A DNA stretch of 62,903 bases from an uncultured Oxalobacter sp. (GTDB lineage: Bacteria > Pseudomonadota > Gammaproteobacteria > Burkholderiales > Burkholderiaceae_D), in the NCBI GenBank assembly GCA_964602435.1, contig CAZRQR010000001.1:1-62903 (forward strand), given 5' to 3'. A program made the position numbers and the translations under genes. A model generated the notes under the pieces. The model searched no databases and was not told the origin of the DNA. It saw only the letters and a list, made by a program, of their open reading frames with translations. Of this stretch, positions 54,978 to 62,903 are shown piece by piece (the stretch's first letter is position 1; every line of letters starts with the position of its first letter).

Positions 54978-55006
54978 TGTATGAATGTTTTCCGGGCTGA
55001 TCTTTT

Positions 55007-56926
55007 ATGCTTTATTCGATTCGTTTTGATGTTGTTGTTGTTGGTGGTGGTCATGCAGGAACGGAAGCTGCACTGGTTTCGGCTAGGATGGGAAAGAAAA
55101 CATTACTGATAACGCATAATTTTGAAACATTGGGACAATTGTCATGTAATCCTTCAATAGGAGGGATAGGAAAGAGCCATCTTGTCAGGGAAGTTGATGC
55201 CTTGGGAGGAGTAATGGCTTTGGCTGCTGACTGTGCAGGTATACAGTTCAGGGTATTGAATTCATCCAAAGGACCGGCAGTCAGGGCGACACGTGCCCAG
55301 ATTGACAGGGTATTGTACAGACAGGCAATCCGGTATCAGTTGGAAAATCAGGAGAATCTTTCTCTTTTTCAGCAGCAGGTTGATGAACTGATTATTGAAC
55401 AGGGATGTATATTGGGCGTAAAAACCCAGGGTGGAGTGGAATTTCGTTCTTCTGCTGTTGTGTTGACTACGGGCACATTCCTTGATGGAAAAATTTTCGT
55501 GGGGTTGAGTTCGTATTCCGGAGGACGTTCCGGAGATGCTCCTGCCATTGCTCTGTCAGATTGTCTGAAAGAACTTCAGTTTCCTCAGGGGCGCCTGAAA
55601 ACTGGAACACCTCCAAGAATCGATGGAAGGACTGTCGATTTTACAGTTATGAAAAAACAGTCGGGCGATTCCGATCCGGTTCCTGTTTTTTCGTTAAGAG
55701 GGAACGCTTCCATGCATCCTGAGCAGTTGCCATGCTGGATTACCAGTACCAATACTGAAACGCATGACATTATCCGGTCAGGTTTGGACAGGAGTCCCCT
55801 GTTTACGGGAATAATCGAGGGAATTGGTCCGCGTTATTGTCCATCGATAGAAGACAAGATCCATCGTTTTTCGGATAAGAATGCTCACCAGATATTTCTT
55901 GAGCCCGAGGGCTTGAATACGCATGAGTATTATCCAAACGGTATTTCAACCAGTTTGCCTTTTGATATTCAGATAAAACTGGTTCATTCCATTCCCGGCC
56001 TTGAAAACGCTCACGTTTTAAGACCCGGTTATGCCATTGAATATGATTTTTATGATCCCAGATGTCTGAAATCGTCGCTGGAAACACGTCAGGTAAAGGG
56101 GCTTTTCTTTGCGGGCCAGATAAATGGTACAACCGGATATGAAGAAGCTGCGGCGCAGGGATTGCTGGCGGGCATCAATGCAGCCCGGTATGTTTCTGGT
56201 GAAGAACCTTGGGTTCCGAAACGAAGCGAAGCCTATCTCGGCGTCATGGTGGATGATCTGGTGACACAGGGAGTGAACGAACCTTACCGCATGTTTACCA
56301 GCAGGGCAGAGTACCGGTTGAGTTTGCGGGAAGATAATGCGGATATGAGACTGACGGAAATCGGTTACAGAATAGGATGTGTCAGTGAAGAACAGTGGAT
56401 TGCATTTGAAAGAAAGCGTGAAAAAATTGCCAGGGAAATAGAACGCATGAAATCCACGTGGGTTCATCCTTCCATGTTGTCTGTGCAGGAATCTGAAAGA
56501 GTGATTGGCAAGGAAATAGAAAGAGAATATTCTCTTGCGGATTTGCTGAAACGGCCGGATGTCAGTTATGACAGTTTGTCCAGTCTGACTTCAATTACAG
56601 GAGATAACTGGAAAACGGAAGATGATCTGGACAATCAGGTCAAGGAACAGGTTGAAATACAGATCAAATATGCCGGTTATATCGAAAGACAGATGCGTGA
56701 GGTCAAGAGGCAACAATATTACGAGAATCTGCAATTGCCTGCCGATATGAATTATTCGGAGGTAAGCGCTTTATCCATAGAAGTCCGTCAGAAACTGGAC
56801 AAACAGAGACCGGAGACACTGGGTCAGGCTTCCAGAATTTCTGGAGTGACACCGGCCGCTATTTCGTTGTTGCTGATTCATCTGAAGAAACAGGGATTGA
56901 TCAGTTTCGCTGAAGCCGGAGAGTAG
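55007..56926 (+). CDS. mnmG: tRNA uridine-5-carboxymethylaminomethyl(34) synthesis enzyme MnmG (GidA)
   Basis: [49 protein letters not shown]. Confidence 0.99.
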   Translation: MLYSIRFDVVVVGGGHAGTEAALVSARMGKKTLLITHNFETLGQLSCNPSIGGIGKSHLVREVDALGGVMALAADCAGIQFRVLNSSKGPAVRATRAQIDRVLYRQAIRYQLENQENLSLFQQQVDELIIEQGCILGVKTQGGVEFRSSAVVLTTGTFLDGKIFVGLSSYSGGRSGDAPAIALSDCLKELQFPQGRLKTGTPPRIDGRTVDFTVMKKQSGDSDPVPVFSLRGNASMHPEQLPCWITSTNTETHDIIRSGLDRSPLFTGIIEGIGPRYCPSIEDKIHRFSDKNAHQIFLEPEGLNTHEYYPNGISTSLPFDIQIKLVHSIPGLENAHVLRPGYAIEYDFYDPRCLKSSLETRQVKGLFFAGQINGTTGYEEAAAQGLLAGINAARYVSGEEPWVPKRSEAYLGVMVDDLVTQGVNEPYRMFTSRAEYRLSLREDNADMRLTEIGYRIGCVSEEQWIAFERKREKIAREIERMKSTWVHPSMLSVQESERVIGKEIEREYSLADLLKRPDVSYDSLSSLTSITGDNWKTEDDLDNQVKEQVEIQIKYAGYIERQMREVKRQQYYENLQLPADMNYSEVSALSIEVRQKLDKQRPETLGQASRISGVTPAAISLLLIHLKKQGLISFAEAGE

Positions 56927-56929
56927 TTT

Positions 56930-57598
56930 ATGTCGGAAAAGAACGGTAAGGTAATGGGACGGATTCAAGCGGAATCTCTGCTTGAATCAGGGGCGCAGGA
57001 GCTGGGTTTTTTTCTGGAAAAAACGCAAATTGCCAAACTGGTGGATTACCTTTTTTTGCTGAACAAATGGAATTCCACATATAACCTGACGGCTGTCAGG
57101 GATCCTCATTCCATGCTGATATATCATTTGCTAGATTCACTTTCCGTCGCTGCCTTTCTCTCAGAATCCCGTAATATTCTCGATGTGGGATCCGGTGCCG
57201 GTTTGCCGGGGCTGGTACTTGCGATCATTTATCCAGACAAGAATATATCTTTAGTGGATGTCGTGCGGAAAAAAACCGCGTTCATGAATCAGGCAAGAAT
57301 AGAACTGGGACTGAATAATGTGACGGTCTATTCCGGAAAAGTCGAGAAACTCTCGGTAGAAAACAAATTCGACGCCATTATTTCTAGGGCTTTTTCAGAT
57401 TTGTCCGATTTCATCAACCTTTCCGGTCATTTGCTGGAAGAAGATGGAAAATTTTATGCAATGAAGGGATTGATTCCATTAGATGAAATCGGTAATCTAG
57501 ATTCAGACTGGAAAATAAGCCGGATTGAATCGTTAAAAGTGCCCCAACTGGATGCACAACGGCATTTGATAATAGTAGAAAATGCTTGTGCTCGTTGA
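56930..57598 (+). CDS. rsmG: 16S rRNA m7G527 methyltransferase RsmG (GidB)
   Basis: KWN..YNLTA, HLLDSL, DVGSGAGLPG, SRAF, MKG. Confidence 0.97.
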   Translation: MSEKNGKVMGRIQAESLLESGAQELGFFLEKTQIAKLVDYLFLLNKWNSTYNLTAVRDPHSMLIYHLLDSLSVAAFLSESRNILDVGSGAGLPGLVLAIIYPDKNISLVDVVRKKTAFMNQARIELGLNNVTVYSGKVEKLSVENKFDAIISRAFSDLSDFINLSGHLLEEDGKFYAMKGLIPLDEIGNLDSDWKISRIESLKVPQLDAQRHLIIVENACAR

Positions 57599-57633
57599 TT
57601 GCCGGATTAATTCGTTCGTAAAAAAGACATTTT

Positions 57634-58407
57634 ATGGCCACCATATTCTGCATTGCCAATCAAAAAGGGGGAGTCGGCAAAACGACGACGACTGTCAATT
57701 TGGCAGCAGGTCTTGCAAGACTGGGTCAAAGAGTCCTTCTTGTCGATCTGGATCCCCAGGGAAATGCAACAATGGGGAGCGGTATCCAGAAAACGGAGCT
57801 GGATGCATCCATATATGAAGTATTGCTTGGACTGGCCGACGTGAAAGACATTCTGCAAAAGGCCTCTACCGGATATTATGAAATTCTGCCTGCCAACCGT
57901 GAACTGTCCGGTGCGGAAGTAGAAATGGTCGATATGGATCGTCGTGACAAGCGTCTGAAAGAAGCACTGGATTCTGTCAGGGAACAGTATGATTTTATCC
58001 TGGTTGATTGTCCACCCGCCTTGTCGCTGTTGACTCTGAATGCTTTCAGTTCCGCGGACGGAGTCATTATTCCCATGCAATGCGAGTATTACGCACTGGA
58101 AGGATTGTCCGATCTGGTCAATACCATCAAGCATGTCCATGCTAACCTGAACAGGAACCTGAGGATTATAGGTCTTTTGAGGGTCATGTTTGACAAAAGG
58201 GCAACCTTGTCCCAGCATGTTTCTGATCAGCTGGAAAAACATTTCGGAGACAAGGTTTTCAAGACCGTTATTCCCCGGAATGTCAGACTGGCCGAAGCGC
58301 CTTCATATGGATTGCCCGGAATTGATTTTGATCCTTCGTCCAAAGGTGCCCAGGCATATCTGGGGTTTGCGAAGGAAATGCTGGAATGGCTGAAAGACAG
58401 GTATTGA
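57634..58407 (+). CDS. parA: Chromosome partitioning ATPase ParA/Soj
   Basis: NQKGGVGKTTT, DLDPQGNAT, DCPP, QCEYYALEG, RLAEAPS. Confidence 0.98.
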   Translation: MATIFCIANQKGGVGKTTTTVNLAAGLARLGQRVLLVDLDPQGNATMGSGIQKTELDASIYEVLLGLADVKDILQKASTGYYEILPANRELSGAEVEMVDMDRRDKRLKEALDSVREQYDFILVDCPPALSLLTLNAFSSADGVIIPMQCEYYALEGLSDLVNTIKHVHANLNRNLRIIGLLRVMFDKRATLSQHVSDQLEKHFGDKVFKTVIPRNVRLAEAPSYGLPGIDFDPSSKGAQAYLGFAKEMLEWLKDRY

Positions 58408-58434
58408 TCATTCAAAAGTATATATTCACGCGAA

Positions 58435-59319
58435 ATGAGCGAAACAACTGCAAGAAAAAAGAAGGGACTGGGACGTGGACTGGAAGTTTTGCTGGGTTCC
58501 ACTCCGGATTTTTCGACTGAATCACCGGTTTCGGTTTTGCCGATATCCCGGTTGAAAGCAGGTAAATACCAGCCGCGAACACGAATGGATGAGGGCGCTC
58601 TCAATGAACTGGCCCAATCTATCAGGGAACAGGGTGTCATGCAGCCAATTCTGGTGCGACCGGCTGAAAACGGGAATGGCGGGAAAATTTACGAAATCAT
58701 CGCAGGAGAACGCCGTTTCCGGGCAGCGCAAATGGCAGGTCTTCAGGATATGCCTGTTATTGTAAAAGAAGTTGATGACCGGACTGCCGCTGCCATGGCT
58801 CTGATCGAGAATATACAAAGAGAGGATCTCAATCCTCTTGAAGAAGCCCAGGGTATTCACCGATTGATAACCGATTTCAGTTTTACCCATGAACAGGCCG
58901 CTTCTGCAGTAGGGCGTTCCAGAAGTGCGGTGACCAATCTGTTGCGTCTCCTGAATCTGACCAGACCGGTCCAGACCATGCTTGTAGCGGGAGATATCGA
59001 TATGGGACACGCGCGGGCATTGCTGGCGGTTGATGGCTCGACACAAATCACTCTGGCTACACAGATCGTGGCGAAACGCATGTCTGTGCGCGAAGCCGAA
59101 AAACTGGTTGCACAGGCATTGGACAACAGGAACACGGTAAAAAGGACAGTCAGGGAAAAATCGGCCGATCTCGTTCAACTTGAGGAAGAACTTTCGGATT
59201 TGCTTGCGACCAGAGTCAGCTTCAAATTGGGTCCGAAAGGAAAAGGACAGCTTATTATTGACTTTTCCGATCTGGATGTACTGGATGGCCTTATCCGGAA
59301 AATCAGGCCCGTTTCCTGA
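58435..59319 (+). CDS. parB: Chromosome partitioning protein ParB
   Basis: KGLGRGL, YQPR, IAGERRFRA, ENIQREDL, HTH with SRSAVTNLLRLL. Confidence 0.98.
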   Translation: MSETTARKKKGLGRGLEVLLGSTPDFSTESPVSVLPISRLKAGKYQPRTRMDEGALNELAQSIREQGVMQPILVRPAENGNGGKIYEIIAGERRFRAAQMAGLQDMPVIVKEVDDRTAAAMALIENIQREDLNPLEEAQGIHRLITDFSFTHEQAASAVGRSRSAVTNLLRLLNLTRPVQTMLVAGDIDMGHARALLAVDGSTQITLATQIVAKRMSVREAEKLVAQALDNRNTVKRTVREKSADLVQLEEELSDLLATRVSFKLGPKGKGQLIIDFSDLDVLDGLIRKIRPVS

Positions 59320-59352
59320 ATGTATGATAAAATTTCTTTTTGAAACAAAGGG

Positions 59353-59916
59353 TTAGCTTTTTTTTAATACTCTGATATCCGGAAGATTCCGCCAGAACCC
59401 TTCAATATCCATACCAAAGCCGATAATAAATTGTCCCGGTACAGTCAAACCCACATAATCGGCTTTGACAGGTTTTGTCACTCCTGTGTTTTTTTCGGCA
59501 AATGCCACAAGAACGACTCTGGCTGCTCCCATGTCGAGCAGTTTTTCCCGTACATGCAACAGTGTTTGTCCTTCATCCATTATATCGTCAAGTACGATGA
59601 CGGTCCGGTTGATGACATTCTGTCGTGGAATGACCTTCCAGATGAATTCTCCTCCATATTCTTCATTACCATGACATGAGACATGTATGAAATCGAATTC
59701 CAGGGGAAAAACCAGATGGGGAAGCAGTTGGCCAGCGAAGATGGCTGCGCCTCCCATGATAGTCATGACAAGCGGCGGTGCCTGCTCCGACGACCCGAAA
59801 TCACGGTTCAGTTCCGACGCCAGTTCCATAATTGTTTTCTGAACCTGTTCGGCAGAATAAATCTGCTCGGAATTTTTCAGAATTTCACGTGCTTTTTCGT
59901 TTATCGATTCTGGCAT
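59353..59916 (-). CDS. hpt: Hypoxanthine-guanine phosphoribosyltransferase
   Basis: VIVLDDIMDEG.TL PRPP-binding motif; F.IGFGMD....WRNLP. Confidence 0.88.
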   Translation of the reverse strand: MPESINEKAREILKNSEQIYSAEQVQKTIMELASELNRDFGSSEQAPPLVMTIMGGAAIFAGQLLPHLVFPLEFDFIHVSCHGNEEYGGEFIWKVIPRQNVINRTVIVLDDIMDEGQTLLHVREKLLDMGAARVVLVAFAEKNTGVTKPVKADYVGLTVPGQFIIGFGMDIEGFWRNLPDIRVLKKS

Positions 59917-60063
59917 GATTTTTCCGGTCTCTGGATTTTCGGGAGATTCCGATATGACTATATGACAGAATGAATAGTTTTGACAATCGGAAATGCCATT
60001 CGGTTGTGTGACATTGCATATCCATTAAAATACGATTCAGGCCAAATTTACCGAAAGGATGAC

Positions 60064-61884
60064 ATGAAAAACGGTTTCAGGCAGAACGATAAAATTCGCG
60101 AGCGTCTGGCTGCTTTGCGGTCAGCCATGCACGACCAGTCAGTTGATGTGCTAGTCATTCCCAGTTCGGATCCGCATCTGTCGGAATATCTGCCCGGTCA
60201 CTGGCGCAGTATGGAATGGTTTTCGGGATTCACCGGTTCGGCGGGCACTCTCGTGGTCGGGAAAGACAGGGCATCGCTTTGGGTGGACAGCCGGTACTGG
60301 TCACAGGCAGCCAGGCAGCTGAATGGAACCGGGATCGATATGTGCAGAGTGAAAGGCAGGAAGAATATGCCTTATGTCGAATGGATAGCCGAAAATTGCC
60401 CTGAAGGGAGTGTTGTGGGTATCGATGGTCATTTGGTATCCCTGAATCAGGGGCGTTCGCTTGAAAATGCACTGGCGTCTGAAAATTTCGTTTTCAGAAC
60501 GGACATTGATCCGGTATCAATGGTCTGGAAAGAAAGACCGCTGATATCCAGTAAATCTGTTTTTGAACACACAGCCGAATTCGCCGGTTTGTCCCGCAGG
60601 GAAAAAATTGATCTGATCCGTTCGGAAATGAAGATCCGGCAGGCAGACTGGTATCTGGTATCGACACTGGATGATATCGCGTGGTCCTTGAATTTGAGGG
60701 GAGCGGATATTGAATTCAATCCGGTGTTTGTTTCATACTTGCTGATTGGTTCTGAATCGGTCTTTCTGATGATTGATCGCAACAAGATACCGGCAGATCT
60801 GGTGGAGATGCTGGAAAAAGATGGCATAAAAACAGAATCTTATAGCAGGGTTACCGATATACTGCGTCATCTGCCTGCTGGTACAAGTCTGTTATATGAT
60901 CCGGACAGAACGACTTACGCTCTTGCAGAGGTTCCGGATTCTGGCATCAGGAGAATTGAAAGTACCAGTCCGATAGTGCTTCTCAAGTCCAGAAAGTCGA
61001 AAAAGGAAATAGAACATATCCGCAGAACCATGCTGGAAGATGGTGCGGCATTCTGTGAATTCCAAGCATGGTTCGATGCGCAGTTGGCCGGAGGGAACGG
61101 TGACAGGATATCCGAACTGACTGTTGCGGAAAAAATAGAGTCGTTCAGATCCGTTCGGCCGCATTATGTTTCACCCAGTTTCGGAACGATAGCCGGATTC
61201 AATGCAAATGCTGCCTTGCCACATTATCAGGCAACCAAAGAGACTTTTACCTTTATCGATGGTGATGGTTTGCTGTTGATTGATACGGGAGGCCAATATT
61301 TGGGCGGAACAACAGACATGACAAGAGTCATTCCTGTCGGTCTTCCAAGTCAGGAACAGAAAAGGGATTTCACTCTTGTTCTGAAAGGTCTGATTGCCTT
61401 GTCGGAAACCTCTTTTCCGCGTTCGATTCCTGCGCCGATGCTCGACAGTATTGCCCGCAGACCTTTGTGGGCTTTGGGGATTGATTATGGTCATGGAACC
61501 GGGCATGGAGTCGGGTATTTTCTGAACGTCCATGAAGGTCCCCAGGGAATTTCCTATCATGCGAAACCTGAATCCCGTACAGCCATGGAAGAGGGAATGG
61601 TGACTTCCATCGAACCGGGTGTTTATCGTGAAGGAAAATGGGGTATCCGACTGGAAAATCTGGTAGTCAATCAAGTGGTTGGCGATACAGGATTTGGCGA
61701 ATTCCTCAGATTCGAGACATTGACCCAATGTCCGATAGATACCCGATGTATCGACAGGTCGTTGCTTGCTGAAGAAGAAATATCTTGGTTGAATCGTTAT
61801 CATGAAAAGGTGCGGCAAAATCTGTTGCCGTTGGTTCCTGAGCCGGTAAAAGACTGGTTGATAAAAAGAACAGAACCTGTCTGA
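60064..61884 (+). CDS. Xaa-Pro aminopeptidase (aminopeptidase P, M24B, long form)
   Basis: DPHLSEY, SGFTGSAG, DTGGQY.GGTTD, HGTGHGVG..LNVHEGP, EPG.Y, GIRLEN; start 60064 after AAGGA. Confidence 0.95.
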   Translation: MKNGFRQNDKIRERLAALRSAMHDQSVDVLVIPSSDPHLSEYLPGHWRSMEWFSGFTGSAGTLVVGKDRASLWVDSRYWSQAARQLNGTGIDMCRVKGRKNMPYVEWIAENCPEGSVVGIDGHLVSLNQGRSLENALASENFVFRTDIDPVSMVWKERPLISSKSVFEHTAEFAGLSRREKIDLIRSEMKIRQADWYLVSTLDDIAWSLNLRGADIEFNPVFVSYLLIGSESVFLMIDRNKIPADLVEMLEKDGIKTESYSRVTDILRHLPAGTSLLYDPDRTTYALAEVPDSGIRRIESTSPIVLLKSRKSKKEIEHIRRTMLEDGAAFCEFQAWFDAQLAGGNGDRISELTVAEKIESFRSVRPHYVSPSFGTIAGFNANAALPHYQATKETFTFIDGDGLLLIDTGGQYLGGTTDMTRVIPVGLPSQEQKRDFTLVLKGLIALSETSFPRSIPAPMLDSIARRPLWALGIDYGHGTGHGVGYFLNVHEGPQGISYHAKPESRTAMEEGMVTSIEPGVYREGKWGIRLENLVVNQVVGDTGFGEFLRFETLTQCPIDTRCIDRSLLAEEEISWLNRYHEKVRQNLLPLVPEPVKDWLIKRTEPV

Positions 61885-61999
61885 ATGAAATTGTTTCTGA
61901 AAATTTCCCTGCAGACCTATTTGCTTGACCAATCGCACGCATCCATCAAAAAAGATAAGCGATCGTGGAACCGAAGGTTTTTTTCCCCATCTTATCAGG

Positions 62000-62039
62000 T
62001 TGACATCCTCCACGTCCTTCAGAGCGTGGAGGATGTCAA
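62000..62039. mobile_element. 40-bp palindrome resembling IS200/IS605-family (TnpB-type) terminal sequences; non-autonomous remnant
   Basis: Perfect 15-bp IR TTGACATCCTCCACG-tccttcagag-CGTGGAGGATGTCAA; both strands end in ...GGAGGATGTCAA. Confidence 0.55.
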
Positions 62040-62081
62040 GACAACCCAACTTGTTTGCATACATGATCTCTTCAGAAATCT

Positions 62082-62103
62082 GAAACCGGCCGCAGCCGGT
62101 TTC
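62082..62103. repeat. GC-rich hairpin in the gene-poor tail
   Basis: GAAACCGGC-cgca-GCCGGTTTC. Confidence 0.5.
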
Positions 62104-62903
62104 CTGAATGAAAACGACCATTGAAACCCGGAATGGAATATCCTGAATTGATGATTTTCAAATATCACTGGAAAACTGAATGTCATGAAAATTTCAATCC
62201 GGTATTTCAGGCGTATTGCTGATAGCATATCCGTTGAGACGGATTTGTTTTCCGGGACAAGGAATCGGAAACATTTCCGGATGGTCTTTCTCAAGATCAA
62301 GATCCATACCCCAGATTTCGATTGTCCAATCGGTACCTGTTGCTTCGTCAGGAATGTTTTTCCCTTCTTTTGAAAATATTGATTCGCATGATTTTTTCTC
62401 CATCTTGGTTTGAAAGTTAGACATTCCGGATGTTTAAAGTTGCTGTTTTTTCTTTAATTGAAGTCATCGGTAGATAAAAAACGGCTACCGTTTTCTGCTG
62501 CGGGCAGTTTTTGTTTGCCGGATTTGAACCGGATAGGCTATTTGCGGTCAGGATGACCGGACCGGAAACGATACGAGATGTGCCGAAAGCAGGAATGGCA
62601 TTCCATCCGGGGAAATGAATATGACGGTTGTATGCAGCCTGAATTTGTAACCGATCGGTGTCAGATAAAGGATATTGTCAGCTGGTTCCGGCGACGGATG
62701 ATTCCGGTTTGGAGTGGTTTTTCGGGATTGTGCGGTCATTTTTCTGATGTGACTTCGTATCCATGCGTAGCCTTGGGTTGATTTCCTGTACAACATGTAT
62801 CGTGATCGGCAGAATCGGTATAACGTCAATGGAGATGACATGGTGATGGTCACAGGAACAGGAGGCCGGATTTTCCTGCAGGTTTTCCAATGAAAGGGTT
62901 TAT

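Noticed and set aside
55028-55052. (GTT)4(GGT)3 trinucleotide run as a phase-variable repeat
   Set aside because: It encodes the conserved VVVVGGG FAD-binding motif of MnmG

Overview
This is a 62.9-kb core-genome window spanning the replication origin of a betaproteobacterium. Protein sequences and gene content suggest Oxalobacteraceae, most likely Oxalobacter; this is inferred, not database-confirmed. It is almost entirely housekeeping genes: yggT/yggU, ampD, yggS, ubiA-recG, malQ-queA-tgt-yajC-secDF, icd, argS-SPOR-dsbA, dac-ybeD-lipBA, an MCE/Mla-type ABC transporter, coaX, the complete atpIBEFHAGDC operon, argB, thrB, polA, xseB-ispA-dxs-folE2, pduO, pyrC, a malic enzyme, then oriC (DnaA boxes, an IHF site, a perfect parS) followed by mnmG-rsmG-parA-parB, hpt and aminopeptidase P. 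I found no tRNA, rRNA, CRISPR array, prophage or intact transposase. The main oddities are these. (1) An intact 528-aa ORF looks like a Type IIG restriction-modification enzyme with the whole methyltransferase removed in frame and a degenerate nuclease motif. (2) A full-length DacA/PBP5-like protein has lost all three catalytic motifs. (3) The ATP synthase c subunit has an Ala/Ser-substituted glycine zipper. (4) polA and a LOG-family gene have divergent start codons that abut (CATATG). (5) A 40-bp palindrome resembles IS200/IS605 ends. (6) TCCGGA appears strongly over-represented.
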